Shown here in pieces: positions 19,260 to 29,321 of a stretch of 64,000 nt of DNA; the first letter of the stretch is position 1, and every line of letters begins with the position of its first letter. This stretch comes from Candidatus Omnitrophota bacterium (lineage in GTDB: Bacteria > Omnitrophota > Gorgyraeia > Gygaellales > Profunditerraquicolaceae), in the NCBI GenBank assembly GCA_022710715.1, contig JAKLGJ010000004.1, positions 166-64,165 on the forward strand, read 5' to 3'. The notes under the pieces are model-generated. The model was not told the DNA's origin, searched no databases, and saw nothing but the letters and a program-made list of their open reading frames with translations. The translations under genes were made by a program, and so were the position numbers.

Positions 19260-22200
19260 ATGATTTTACTTTTTATCCTCGGCACAGTTATTGTGCTGGG
19301 CGTTGCGGCAATCCTCTATGTAACCTCTCCTTCACAGGAAACTTCCGGTAAGGTCGATCCGGCAGCCATGCCTGACCTGCAGCTGAAAGATCAGAAAATC
19401 GGCAAGCTTGAACAGCAGCTCAATGCGATCAGGATCGATACGGATAAGATGCGCGCGGAACACGCCGCTCTCCAGAAGGCGCTCGAGACTGCGCAGAAGA
19501 CGGAAGCCGATGCCAAAAGCGAACTTGCCCGAAGGAAAGAATGGGACGGCAAGAATGACGAGATGTTCAACAAGCTCAAGAAAGACGTGCAGGAGCTTAA
19601 AGAACAACTGCACGCCAAAGAGCGCGATCTTACCGCTGAATTCTCCAAGAATGTCGAATTGACCCGCCAGATACGCACGCTGGATTCCCAGATCGAACAA
19701 TTGACCAAAGAGACCAAGGCTAAATCCGAAGACCTGGAACGTTTGAAGCATCAGATCAACGGGTACGTGAAAGTTCTGCAGGATACCAAAGCCGAATCCC
19801 AGATGCATCAAAAGACCATCGCCGATATGAAGCTGCAGCAGGAACAGAGCGAATGGGTCCCTAAAAAAGAATTCCAGAAACTCAACGATGAATATTCGCG
19901 GCTGGAAGAAGAGCTGGAAGAAAAAGATAAAGAATTGGAGTTGCGGGAAGACAAGATCCGCCAGATCTATCAGGAAAGACTGCGCCTGGAAGCGCAGTTG
20001 AAAGAGGGCGGCAGCCCTGCTGCGGCAGCCGCACCGCCCGCCGCGCCGGTTGAACCCGAGCCTGTCAGTGCGCCGCCCGCAGAGCCGGTCGTTGCACCGC
20101 CTGTTCCTGAACAGGCGGCGGCTGCGCAACCGCCGGCAGAACCGGTTATTCCTGCAGAGCCGGTTGTTCCCGCAGAACCGGTTGTTCCTTCAGAGCCGGC
20201 ACCGCCGGAAGCCGCGCAGAATACCGCGTCCGGTGTAGATGAGTCTGTGGCACCGGTTGAGCCGGTGGCGCCGCAAGAGGAAATCGTCATTCCGGACCTG
20301 CACCTGGAAAAAGTACGCAACATCGGGATTATGGCGCATATCGATGCCGGAAAAACCACCACCAGTGAGCGTATTCTATACTATACCGGCAAATCCCATA
20401 AGATCGGCGAGGTTCACGACGGCAAGGCCCAGATGGACTGGATGAAGCAGGAGCAGGAGCGCGGGATCACTATTACCGCCGCTGCCACGACCTGTTTCTG
20501 GAAGGAGTATCGCATCAACATCATCGATACTCCCGGCCATGTGGATTTTACCGCGGAAGTGGAACGCAGTTTGCGCGTGCTCGACGGAGCAGTGGCAGTG
20601 TTCTGCGCGGTGGGAGGGGTGCAACCGCAGTCCGAGACCGTCTGGCGCCAGTCCGACAAATACCATGTCCCCAAACTCGCTTTCGTCAATAAGATGGACC
20701 GCACCGGCGCGGATTTCTTTGCCGTGGTTGCGGACATGGAAAAGATGCTGCAGGCGCACGTGGTGCCCCTGCAGATCCCTATCGGGGCTGAAGATACGTT
20801 CAAAGGCGTGGTCGACCTGCTGGAGATGCAAGCGTATGTCTATACCGAAGAAGACGCCACCGGAAAGAATTTCAAAGTGGAGGAAGTGCCTGCGGATCTG
20901 CTGGAGAAGGCTAAAGAGTGCCGCCGCGTGATGGTGGAAAAAAGCGCGTCGATGGATGACGCGTTGACCCATAAATTCCTGGAGAACGCCGAGAGCATAA
21001 CCCCCGAAGAAATAAAAGCGGCTTTGCGCAAAGGGACAGTGGCCAATAAAATCGTGCCGGTGCTCTGCGGCGCATCGTTCAAGAATAAAGGCGTGCAGAA
21101 ACTGCTCGACGCCGTGATCGATTATCTGCCGTCGCCGATCGACGTGCCGGCAGTGGAGGGCCGTGATCCTGAAAACAGCGAGGTCGTGGTGCCGCGGCAT
21201 CCCGACGCACATGAGCCGCTGGCTGCTCTGGCTTTCAAAGTGCAATCCGATCCGCACATGGGCAAGCTGATCTACGTGCGGATCTATTCCGGCGTATTGC
21301 GCGCGAGCACGTACGTGTTGAACTCCACCAAGAACAAGCGCGAGCGCATCGGCCGGATCTTCCTGATGCATGCTAATCAGCGCGAGCCGCGCGACCGGGC
21401 GTATGCCGGAGAGATCGTCGCGGTCATCGGTTTGACCGATACGATTACCGGCCATACATTATGTGATCCGGAGCATCCGGTTTTGCTGGAAGCGATACAA
21501 TTCCCGGTGCCGGTGGTCTCGTTGAGCATTGCCGCCAAGACCCGCGCGGATCAGGATAAACTGGGCAAAGCCCTGGCGCGCCTGTCCGACGAAGACCCCA
21601 CTTTCAGCGTGGAGACCAATGAAGAGACCCAGGAAGTCATCTTGAGCGGTATGGGCGAGTTGCACCTGGACGTTCTGGTCGACCGGATGAAAACGGAATT
21701 CGGCGTAGACGCGGTAGTCGGCCAGCCCAAAGTCGCTTTTCGCGAGACGATCCAGGGCACGGTCAAAGAAGAGTACAAACATGTCAAACAATCCGGCGGC
21801 CGCGGTCAGTACGGCCATGTTGTTTTTGAAATGAGCCCCGGCGAACCGGGCAAAGGGTTGCAGTTTGTCGACGCCATAAAAGGCGGCGCCATTCCCAAAT
21901 CCTATATGCCCGCTATACAAAAGGGCTTGCTGGAAGCGATGCGCAAAGGAGTGATCGCCGGCTATCCGGTAGTGGACGTGAAAGTCGTGCTGGTGGACGG
22001 CTCCTATCATGACGTCGATTCCTCGGAATTAGCCTTCAAACTCGCCGCTATCGGAGGGTTCAAGAGCGGTTTCGTTAAAGCCAATCCGGTCTTGCTTGAA
22101 CCGAGCATGTCTCTGGAGGTGACCACTCCCGAAGAGTTCGTCAATACCATTATCGGCAATATCTGTTCCCGTCGCGGTAAAGTGCTGGGCATGGAGACAA

Positions 22201-22385
22201 AAGGCAACCAGAAGATCGTCGACGCGGAAGTGCCGCTTTCAGAAATGTTCGGTTATGTTTCCACGTTCCGCTCCTTATCCAGCGGCCGGGCCAGCGGGAA
22301 TATGGAATTTTCCAAATATACCCAGGTCCCCGCGGAAATCGCCGCCAAGATCATCGAAGAGAAGAAGCAGCAGAAGCAGGAATAG
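19260..22385 (+). CDS. fusA: Elongation factor G (all five domains) fused in-frame to a ~335-aa N-terminal extension: transmembrane helix, coiled coil and a Pro/Ala/Glu-rich linker
   Basis: Residues ~340-1041 align colinearly with EF-G: [37 protein letters not shown] and [12 protein letters not shown]. Residues 1-335 are a hydrophobic helix ([21 protein letters not shown]), a ~230-aa heptad-like K/E/Q/L-rich segment and PAEPVVP repeats. There is no stop codon and no convincing internal start or RBS before the EF-G part. Confidence 0.85.
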   Translation: MILLFILGTVIVLGVAAILYVTSPSQETSGKVDPAAMPDLQLKDQKIGKLEQQLNAIRIDTDKMRAEHAALQKALETAQKTEADAKSELARRKEWDGKNDEMFNKLKKDVQELKEQLHAKERDLTAEFSKNVELTRQIRTLDSQIEQLTKETKAKSEDLERLKHQINGYVKVLQDTKAESQMHQKTIADMKLQQEQSEWVPKKEFQKLNDEYSRLEEELEEKDKELELREDKIRQIYQERLRLEAQLKEGGSPAAAAAPPAAPVEPEPVSAPPAEPVVAPPVPEQAAAAQPPAEPVIPAEPVVPAEPVVPSEPAPPEAAQNTASGVDESVAPVEPVAPQEEIVIPDLHLEKVRNIGIMAHIDAGKTTTSERILYYTGKSHKIGEVHDGKAQMDWMKQEQERGITITAAATTCFWKEYRINIIDTPGHVDFTAEVERSLRVLDGAVAVFCAVGGVQPQSETVWRQSDKYHVPKLAFVNKMDRTGADFFAVVADMEKMLQAHVVPLQIPIGAEDTFKGVVDLLEMQAYVYTEEDATGKNFKVEEVPADLLEKAKECRRVMVEKSASMDDALTHKFLENAESITPEEIKAALRKGTVANKIVPVLCGASFKNKGVQKLLDAVIDYLPSPIDVPAVEGRDPENSEVVVPRHPDAHEPLAALAFKVQSDPHMGKLIYVRIYSGVLRASTYVLNSTKNKRERIGRIFLMHANQREPRDRAYAGEIVAVIGLTDTITGHTLCDPEHPVLLEAIQFPVPVVSLSIAAKTRADQDKLGKALARLSDEDPTFSVETNEETQEVILSGMGELHLDVLVDRMKTEFGVDAVVGQPKVAFRETIQGTVKEEYKHVKQSGGRGQYGHVVFEMSPGEPGKGLQFVDAIKGGAIPKSYMPAIQKGLLEAMRKGVIAGYPVVDVKVVLVDGSYHDVDSSELAFKLAAIGGFKSGFVKANPVLLEPSMSLEVTTPEEFVNTIIGNICSRRGKVLGMETKGNQKIVDAEVPLSEMFGYVSTFRSLSSGRASGNMEFSKYTQVPAEIAAKIIEEKKQQKQE

Positions 22386-22410
22386 CCCCGCGTCGCAATC
22401 CTCTCCCCGC

Positions 22411-22439
22411 TTGACATCCACACAAATGTGTGGTATGCT
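22411..22439 (+). promoter_or_regulatory. lexA promoter (TTGACA-N17-TATGCT) with a 7-N2-7 inverted repeat CCACACA-AA-TGTGTGG (22418-22433) in the spacer, a candidate LexA operator
   Basis: Consensus -35, good -10, and a perfect inverted repeat between them. The lexA ATG at 22447 lies 8 nt after the -10 element, giving a leaderless transcript. Confidence 0.5.
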
Positions 22440-22446
22440 CATTCCG

Positions 22447-23052
22447 ATGGTCACTTTATCTGCCAAACAAAAACAGGTGCTGGAGTTCATCCGGCAGAAA
22501 ATTTACGGAGAGCATTGTGCGCCTACGATCCGCGAGATCGCGGGGCGTTTCGGCTTTTCTTCCACGGGCACGGTGCGGGATTATCTCAAGGCGCTGCAGA
22601 AAAAAGGCTATGTGGCTGTATCTGCATCGAAGGCCCGGGCCATTGTATTGACCGATGCCGCGGCAGGCATCCCGCTGGTAGGAAGAGTTGCGGCCGGCCG
22701 GCCGCAACTGGCGCTGGAGGATGTCGAGGGATATCTGCGCCCCGATGAGCTTCTGGGCCCGACAGGTGCCGGCGATGCTTCGGCGTTGTTCGCTTTGCGG
22801 GTGAAGGGCGAGAGCATGACCGGTAAAGGGATCCTGGATGGAGATACGGTGATCGTGCGGCGTCAGTCCCGGGCAGACGATGGCGATATCGTGGTCGCTC
22901 TCATCGCCGATGAAGCCACGGTCAAGACCCTGCGCCGCAGGCATAACCGATTGCTGCTGGAGCCGGCCAATTCCCGCTATAAGCCGATTGCCTGCGATGA
23001 GAATACCGCTATTATCGGAAAGGTTATCCGGGTGTTACGAAACTATGTTTAA
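22447..23052 (+). CDS. lexA: LexA repressor (SOS regulator, S24 peptidase)
   Basis: N-terminal wHTH (LSAKQKQVLEFIRQ...PTIREIAGRFGFSSTGTVRDYLKALQKKGYV) and a C-terminal S24 domain with GESM and the Lys region. Start chosen by alignment to LexA N-termini. Confidence 0.9.
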   Translation: MVTLSAKQKQVLEFIRQKIYGEHCAPTIREIAGRFGFSSTGTVRDYLKALQKKGYVAVSASKARAIVLTDAAAGIPLVGRVAAGRPQLALEDVEGYLRPDELLGPTGAGDASALFALRVKGESMTGKGILDGDTVIVRRQSRADDGDIVVALIADEATVKTLRRRHNRLLLEPANSRYKPIACDENTAIIGKVIRVLRNYV

Positions 23053-23323
23053 TCCGCATGCCCGCTGGGACAGAAAGCTTCCCTGCGCCGATCCCGACGC
23101 TGCCGAGACGGTTGAGGTATGCGCCCGTTTTCTCAAGGGCAAGGTTATCCCGCTGTACTTTACCGTGAGCGGCAGCAGGATTGCCGTCAAGCGCATCAAT
23201 TATTCCTGGCAGGAGCGCAAGGGTAACGTCATCCTGCGTTACTTCAGCGTGGCTGATGCCGGCGATACCTATTGTTTATGTCTCGACCCCGAGACCATGA
23301 TCTGGCGTTTATGGAACCCATAA
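23045..23323 (+). CDS. Small hypothetical protein (92 aa) within the lexA-dinB operon
   Basis: ATG overlaps the lexA stop (ATGTTTAA) and the ORF ends inside the dinB start region. No domain recognised. Confidence 0.45.
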   Translation: MFNPHARWDRKLPCADPDAAETVEVCARFLKGKVIPLYFTVSGSRIAVKRINYSWQERKGNVILRYFSVADAGDTYCLCLDPETMIWRLWNP

Positions 23324-24471
23324 TCCTGCATATGGACATGGATGCTTTTTTCGCGTCGGTCGAACAGGCCACCACTCCGCGGCTTGCGGGTAAGCCTTTG
23401 ATCGTAGGTTCCCGCGGCAGAAAGAATAATACCGTGGTGGCAGCCTGCTCGTATGAAGCCAAGGCTTTTGGCGTCGAGTCCGGCATGCCCACCTGGCGCG
23501 CTTTCAAGCTCTGCCCCCATGCGGAGTTTGTCAGCGCCGATTCGGGAAAATACCTGTATACCGCGCATGCTATCTTTGAGATGCTCAAGCGTTATTCGCC
23601 GCAGGGGGAAATGGCGTCGATAGACGAGTTCTATCTTGATTTGAGCAACGATACGCTGTGCGCTGCGGAGCGGATTGCCGTCGGGATCAAAGAGCAGATC
23701 CGCCGGGAGTTTCACATCACCTGTTCCATCGGTATCGCGCCGGCAAAGATCATCGCTAAGATCGCCGCCAAAGCGCATAAACCCGACGGGCTGGTAGTGC
23801 TGGAGGAGAAAGATGTCCCGCGTTTTCTCGAGGAACTGCCGGTAGGAAAAGTTCCGGGCATCGGGCCCCGCCTTCAGGAGCATCTGCACGGCATGTCGAT
23901 ATTCAACTGCGGCCAGTTAGCCGGTTTGTCCGAAGCGTTCCTGGTGCAGCGTTTCGGCAAAGCCGGCGTGTGGCTGTATGAAACAGCGCATGGCCGGGAT
24001 TCCAGCGAGGTGGGGTATTGGGCCCAACCGGAACTGCCGCCCAAATCCGTCAGCCATTCCTATACCCTGGAAAAAGAACTGTATCGCCGCGATGCCGTCC
24101 TGGCCTGGATACGCATGCTCTGCGAGATGGTCGCTTACCGTTTGCGTAAAGACAGCCTGGAATCCCGGGGAGTGCAGCTCTATCTGCGGGGCAGCGCCGG
24201 AGCGTTCAGCCGGCAGAAAAGTTTCACTGTCGCTGTTTCCGATGCGCAGGCGCTTTACCGCCGCAGCCTGGCGATACTGGAGAGTTTCCCGGCTAAACGT
24301 CTTTCTTGCCGGGCCCTGGGCGTATGCGCTTTTTCGCTCTCCGGCGCTCAAGAGCTCTGTTTGTTTCCCGAAGACCGGAAGCAGAACCGGCTGATCCGGG
24401 CAGTGGACCGGATCAACGAGCGTTTCGGGGAATGGTCCATTTATCCGGCAGTAATAGCCATTACGCGATAA
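23311..24471 (+). CDS. dinB: DNA polymerase IV (Y-family)
   Basis: ILHMDMDAFFASVEQ N-terminus, SIGIAPAK and the little-finger region. Confidence 0.9.
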   Translation: MEPIILHMDMDAFFASVEQATTPRLAGKPLIVGSRGRKNNTVVAACSYEAKAFGVESGMPTWRAFKLCPHAEFVSADSGKYLYTAHAIFEMLKRYSPQGEMASIDEFYLDLSNDTLCAAERIAVGIKEQIRREFHITCSIGIAPAKIIAKIAAKAHKPDGLVVLEEKDVPRFLEELPVGKVPGIGPRLQEHLHGMSIFNCGQLAGLSEAFLVQRFGKAGVWLYETAHGRDSSEVGYWAQPELPPKSVSHSYTLEKELYRRDAVLAWIRMLCEMVAYRLRKDSLESRGVQLYLRGSAGAFSRQKSFTVAVSDAQALYRRSLAILESFPAKRLSCRALGVCAFSLSGAQELCLFPEDRKQNRLIRAVDRINERFGEWSIYPAVIAITR

Positions 24472-24545
24472 CCCGCCAAAAAATCCTATTTTTCTCCAAT
24501 CTCTTATGGTAACATGATACCCGGTGTTATTAACAGGGGTAGTCT

Positions 24546-25844
24546 ATGGCGTCGAATGGTTCCCGTCTTCCATCGGATCCGCTGGGATTGCAGATCGCTT
24601 TCCGGGCTTTGCGTTACCGCAATTTCCGCCTCTTCTTCGGCGGCCAGATCATTTCACTGACCGGCACCTGGATGCAGCAGATGGCTATGGGCTGGATGGT
24701 GTATCGGTTGACGCATTCTCCTCTGATGCTGGGAATAGTGGGGTTTGTCAGCCAGATCCCCTCGTTTGTCTTGAGCCCTTTTGCGGGCGTGCTGGCTGAT
24801 CATTTCAACCGGCACCGCATCATCATCATTACCCAGGTTCTCTCCATGCTGCAGGCGAGCATTCTGGCTTTTTACGTATTGACCGGCACCATTTCCATCG
24901 CCAAGATCATTGTCCTGGGCGCTTTCCTCGGGTTGATCAACGCTGTCGATATTCCTGCCCGGCATTCATTTTTGTTCGAGATGATCGACAATAAAGAGGA
25001 TCTGGGGAATGCCATCGCTTTGAATTCCATGATGTTCAACGCCGCCCGACTGATAGGGCCGTCGGTTGCCGGAGTGCTTATCGGACTATGGGGCGAAGGT
25101 TTCTGTTTCCTGCTCAACGGTTTAAGTTTCCTGGCGGTAATCGGCGCGCTGCTGCTCATGCGGTTACGTCCGCGTCCGCACAATCATCTGAACGGACAGC
25201 CGTTGCAGAAGCTTCAGGAAGGCTTCCGCTATGCTTTCGGTTTTGCGCCGATCCGGAGCATATTGTTTCTGGTAGCCACGGTTAGCCTGATGGCCATGTC
25301 CGTAACCGTGCTTATGCCGGTGTTTGCCCGGGATATTCTGGGGGGAGGAGCGCATACCCTGGGTTTTCTGGTGGGGGCTACCGGTCTCGGGGCCTTGAGC
25401 GGAGCCATCTTCATCGCTTCGCGCGAGAAACCCATAGGTTTGAGCCGGTTGATGCCGGTTTCTTCCGGACTCTTCTTCGGTCTGGGCATGGTGGTGTTTT
25501 CTTTTTCCCGGAATGTCGGCCTTTCCATGCTGGTATTGTTCTTTACCGGTCTGGGGTTAATGATTCACATGGTTTTATGCAACACCGTGCTCCAGACCAT
25601 CGTGGATGATGATAAACGGGGTCGGGTGATGAGCCTGTATACCATGGCTTTCATGGGTATGGCTACTTTCGGCTCGTTGCTGGGAGGGAGCCTGGCCAGC
25701 AAGATCGGTTCAGCTAATACCGTACGCCTGGGCGCGCTGGTTTGCATGCTCATTTCCGGGATTTTTTTCCTGCAGCTGCCCCGGCTCAAAGTCCTGGTCA
25801 AACCGCTGTATCAAAAGAGCGAACTTCCCCTGGAACATGCCTAA
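24546..25844 (+). CDS. MFS transporter
   Basis: 12 predicted transmembrane segments and MFS loop motifs; 432 aa. Confidence 0.85.
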   Translation: MASNGSRLPSDPLGLQIAFRALRYRNFRLFFGGQIISLTGTWMQQMAMGWMVYRLTHSPLMLGIVGFVSQIPSFVLSPFAGVLADHFNRHRIIIITQVLSMLQASILAFYVLTGTISIAKIIVLGAFLGLINAVDIPARHSFLFEMIDNKEDLGNAIALNSMMFNAARLIGPSVAGVLIGLWGEGFCFLLNGLSFLAVIGALLLMRLRPRPHNHLNGQPLQKLQEGFRYAFGFAPIRSILFLVATVSLMAMSVTVLMPVFARDILGGGAHTLGFLVGATGLGALSGAIFIASREKPIGLSRLMPVSSGLFFGLGMVVFSFSRNVGLSMLVLFFTGLGLMIHMVLCNTVLQTIVDDDKRGRVMSLYTMAFMGMATFGSLLGGSLASKIGSANTVRLGALVCMLISGIFFLQLPRLKVLVKPLYQKSELPLEHA

Positions 25845-25952
25845 AATGCTTGACTTGCCCGAACAAGTGTGATATTGTTATACTCCATAGGGTTAGTGCA
25901 ACCGCATCGGATGGACGAACCGCTATAACCCGCATTGATAAGGAGGTGGCAG

Positions 25953-26633
25953 ATGGGTAATATGCAGGCGATTTTTGTTGAGCCTACAAAGACTATCCTT
26001 GACCAGATCCAGCTCTTCCTCGTAGACATATCGCTGGTACTTATCATTCTCTTTATCGGCTGGATCATCTCCAAGTTTATCAAAGTTGCGGTAGCCAAGT
26101 TCTTGAAAGTAGCCAAGATCGACAAGCTGTCCGATAAAATAGAATTGGACAAGCTGCTGGAGAAGGGCGGCATCCGGCTGCATCTTTCCGATATGATCGC
26201 CATTATCGTCTACTGGCTGTGTTTGTTGATTACTCTGGTGGTGGCGTTGAACGCCGTGAATCTGCCTATCGCCGCAGATCTTTTCAACCGGGTCGTGGTA
26301 TACATCCCGAATGTCATCGCGGGGGTTTTCATACTCGTGCTGGGGATGTTCCTGGCGACTCTGCTGCGTAATATCGTGCAGACTGCCGCAACCAACGCCG
26401 GCCTGGCCCAGGCCAAGTTCCTTTCCAAGACCGTCGAGACTGTGGTGATCGTGTTTGCCGTGATGATCACCCTGGAGCAGTTGAAGATCGGCGAGCGCAT
26501 CATCGATCTGGCTGTGGGTATTTTCCTGGGTTCCATCGGCCTGGCTTTTGCTCTGGCGGTAGGGTTTGGCTGCCAGGATATCGCCAAGAAGCTGGTGGGG
26601 GATTTGATCGAAAAGAACAAGTCCCAGAAATAG
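25953..26633 (+). CDS. Integral membrane protein with repeated 'conserved TM helix' segments (MscS-associated family-like)
   Basis: Four or five hydrophobic helices. Its own promoter (TTGACT...TATTGT) and an AAGGAGG SD precede the ATG at 25953. Confidence 0.55.
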   Translation: MGNMQAIFVEPTKTILDQIQLFLVDISLVLIILFIGWIISKFIKVAVAKFLKVAKIDKLSDKIELDKLLEKGGIRLHLSDMIAIIVYWLCLLITLVVALNAVNLPIAADLFNRVVVYIPNVIAGVFILVLGMFLATLLRNIVQTAATNAGLAQAKFLSKTVETVVIVFAVMITLEQLKIGERIIDLAVGIFLGSIGLAFALAVGFGCQDIAKKLVGDLIEKNKSQK

Positions 26634-26672
26634 GCTGTCGGGGCATCGGGATACGGAAGTGAACATCTTTAA

Positions 26673-26705
26673 CAGCCCCACATCTTCCCAGAAGATGTGG
26701 GGCTG
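26673..26705 (+). terminator. Perfect 15-bp stem hairpin (CAGCCCCACATCTTC-CCA-GAAGATGTGGGGCTG) after the membrane-protein gene
   Basis: Read directly from the sequence. No classical U-tract follows, but the stem is very stable. It overlaps the GTG alternative start of the next ORF, which favours the ATG at 26721. Confidence 0.5.
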
Positions 26706-26720
26706 CTACTCATAAGAGCC

Positions 26721-29321
26721 ATGCATTACCGATTCATCGACCAACAAGGCACATTTGTCATCCGGAACCCGCAGGGGTTCAATCTGTATTTCCCGCTCAC
26801 CAATAAAACCGGAAGCCTGTTGAGCTCGATCAGTCCGAATCTCTCCGGCGATATCAAAACAGATAACGAACATTTCCTCACGCTTCCCGCCAGCAGCGAA
26901 GATCTGCGTTCCAGTCTTTTGTGCCGGCGGGAATTTTTTGTCAGGGTGGACCGGCGCGTGATCCGCCTGTCGCGTCCTGCGCAGGACAGTCTGGAGTGCG
27001 GGTTCCTTTATCAGAAGCTGACCAAGCGTTCCGGAGCGCTACGCATAGAAATAACCAATTTCATTCCCCACGACAGCTCCGCGGAAGTGATGCGGATCCG
27101 CCTGACCAATGCCGGTAAACATCCGGTAGAAATAACCCCGACCAGCTTTATCCCCCTGTTCGGCCGCAGTGAAAAAAATCTGCGAGACCATCGTCACGTC
27201 AGCTCGTTACTTAACCGCATAGAGATGGATCGTTTTGGCATCGTTCTCTCGCCGACAATGATCTTTGACGAACGGGGACACCGATTGAATAAAACGCTGT
27301 ATTACGTGCTGGGTTACGAAGACAGCACCCGGCCTCCTGTCGGGCAATTTCCCACCCTGGACGCTTTCTACGGCCGGGGAGATATCTGCTCGCCCGACGC
27401 CGTGGTAAAAGATACCCCTCCGCTGCGCCGCAATGAGCCGGGGGTTGACGGCAAAGAGGCGTGCGCGGGTTTGCGTTTCAGCCGAAGACGGCTCAAGCCC
27501 CGGGAGCAGGCCGAGTATGTGCTGATCATGGGAGTTGCCGAAAGCTACGCTGCGGCGAAGAAGTGTTTCCAGACGCTCGATACCCCGCATAAAGTAGAAA
27601 CGGCTTTGCTGCGTACCAAAAACTACTGGCAGGCGTATCTATCCGGGCTGCGTTTCGATTTTCAGGATAACGACTATACTAACTGGCTGCTCTGGGTTAA
27701 ATTCCAGCCGACGTTACGCAAGCTTTTCGGCTGTTCATTCCTGCCGCATTTCGATTACGGCAAAGGAGGCCGGGGATGGCGTGATCTCTGGCAGGATGCG
27801 CTCACCCTGCTTTTGACCGAACCGGAAAAAGCCAGACGGTTGATACTGGAGAGCTTCCGCGGGGTGCGGCTTGACGGGTCCAATGCCACGATCATTACCC
27901 GCACCGGGGATTTCATAGCCGATCGTAACAAAATCAGCCGGGTATGGATGGATCACGGCGTTTGGCCGTATCTGACCCTGCGTTTGTATATGGATAAAAC
28001 CGGCGATACCGGCATATTGAGTCAGCGGATAGCCTATTTCCGGGATCATCAGCTGCGCCGGGCCCGCGCCGTTGACCGGGCGTTTGATCAGAAAGATTTT
28101 CTGCAGCGCACAACCGCAGGCCGGGTGTATCAGGGGAGCGTCCTGGAGCACTTGCTGGTGCAGCATCTGGTGCCGTTTTTCAACGTCGGAGAGCATAATA
28201 TCATCCGTCTGGAGAACGCGGATTGGAACGACGGCCTGGATATGGCTGCGAACCGGGGCGAGAGCGTGACGTTCAGCTGTATGTATGCGCATAACCTGGA
28301 GGATCTCTGCCGTTTCCTGGAAGAGCTGAAGAAGACCGCCGGCAGCGTGGAGCTGTTCCAGGAGATACTGATGTTGCTGGAGCCGGTGGATTATACCAGC
28401 GTACGCGCCAAAAACCGGCGGCTTGACCGGTATTTTGCCGCTGTAGAAAAGATCAGCGGTAAAACCGTCAAGGTCGATCTCGACATGCTGATAGCTGACT
28501 TGCGTCGGAAAGCGGCCTTTCTCTCCGGGATTATCCGCAAGCAGGAATGGCTGCCCCAGGGCTTTTTCAACGGATATTATGACGATACCGGTCGCCGGGC
28601 AGAAGGTCTCCGGGGAAAAACTGTCCGGATGTTCCTGCCTTCCCAGGTTTTCGCGCTGATGAGCGGAGCTGCCGATGAACAACAGGTTACCCGGACGTGG
28701 CACTCGATCAAAGAACATCTGCAGGATAAAGCGCTAACCGGATTCCGCTTGAATACCGATCTGAAGCATCCGTATATGGAACTGGGGCGGGCTTTTGGAT
28801 TTGCTTACGGGGAGAAGGAAAACGGCGCTTTCTTCAGCCATATGAATGTCATGCTGGCCAATGCTTTGTACAAGCGAGGTCGCATTGCCCAGGGGCGTGA
28901 AGTGCTAACTTCGATTTACCGGATGGCTTGTCATTCCCGGGCCGGGATCGGGCCGGTGCTTCCGGAATATTTCAATGGCCAGGGCCGGGGTGTATACGCT
29001 TATTTGACCGGTTCCGCAAGCTGGTATATCTATACTCTGATGGAAGAAGTCCTGGGCATCAAGTTTGTGCATGGCTCGATCGATCTGCAGCCGCAGCTTG
29101 TCCCCGATGATTTTCGTGCGGCGTCCATCACCTGCAGCTTTGCTCTTCGCGGAAAAAGCGTGACCGTGACCTACCATAAGTCGGTTGGCGCCCGGGCGCC
29201 GCTTACCATCCGCGCTGCCTATCTGGGAAAACGGGCTCTGGCTCATCAGCCGCATAGCTGCTTGATCCCTCTTTCCTGCCTTAAATCCCGCGTTACTGCT
29301 ATTCGCATCGAACTTGCCTGA
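26721..29321 (+). CDS. Glycoside hydrolase/phosphorylase of the (alpha/alpha)6 six-hairpin superfamily (GH94 / 'GT36'-like)
   Basis: Length of about 870 aa and a DWNDGLDM-type motif (ENADWNDGLDM) as found in cellobiose/chitobiose phosphorylase-like enzymes. Family assignment is tentative. Confidence 0.55.
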   Translation: MHYRFIDQQGTFVIRNPQGFNLYFPLTNKTGSLLSSISPNLSGDIKTDNEHFLTLPASSEDLRSSLLCRREFFVRVDRRVIRLSRPAQDSLECGFLYQKLTKRSGALRIEITNFIPHDSSAEVMRIRLTNAGKHPVEITPTSFIPLFGRSEKNLRDHRHVSSLLNRIEMDRFGIVLSPTMIFDERGHRLNKTLYYVLGYEDSTRPPVGQFPTLDAFYGRGDICSPDAVVKDTPPLRRNEPGVDGKEACAGLRFSRRRLKPREQAEYVLIMGVAESYAAAKKCFQTLDTPHKVETALLRTKNYWQAYLSGLRFDFQDNDYTNWLLWVKFQPTLRKLFGCSFLPHFDYGKGGRGWRDLWQDALTLLLTEPEKARRLILESFRGVRLDGSNATIITRTGDFIADRNKISRVWMDHGVWPYLTLRLYMDKTGDTGILSQRIAYFRDHQLRRARAVDRAFDQKDFLQRTTAGRVYQGSVLEHLLVQHLVPFFNVGEHNIIRLENADWNDGLDMAANRGESVTFSCMYAHNLEDLCRFLEELKKTAGSVELFQEILMLLEPVDYTSVRAKNRRLDRYFAAVEKISGKTVKVDLDMLIADLRRKAAFLSGIIRKQEWLPQGFFNGYYDDTGRRAEGLRGKTVRMFLPSQVFALMSGAADEQQVTRTWHSIKEHLQDKALTGFRLNTDLKHPYMELGRAFGFAYGEKENGAFFSHMNVMLANALYKRGRIAQGREVLTSIYRMACHSRAGIGPVLPEYFNGQGRGVYAYLTGSASWYIYTLMEEVLGIKFVHGSIDLQPQLVPDDFRAASITCSFALRGKSVTVTYHKSVGARAPLTIRAAYLGKRALAHQPHSCLIPLSCLKSRVTAIRIELA

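Noticed and set aside
19260-20270. Possibility that the EF-G N-terminal extension is a separate upstream gene merged by the ORF finder
   Set aside because: Not rejected outright. However, there is no stop codon, no in-frame ATG or GTG with an SD, and no promoter before the EF-G core, and the extension has a clean coding composition. The fusion reading is therefore kept as the primary call and reported as a finding with explicit checks.
25890-25952. Possible riboswitch in the 5' leader of the membrane-protein gene (contains a GCATCGGATGG segment resembling the ATCGGAAT loop of the nitrogen motif)
   Set aside because: The leader is only ~60 nt and lacks the flanking 8-bp stem and the second TTGCCC hairpin. 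The similarity is a 6-mer and probably fortuitous.
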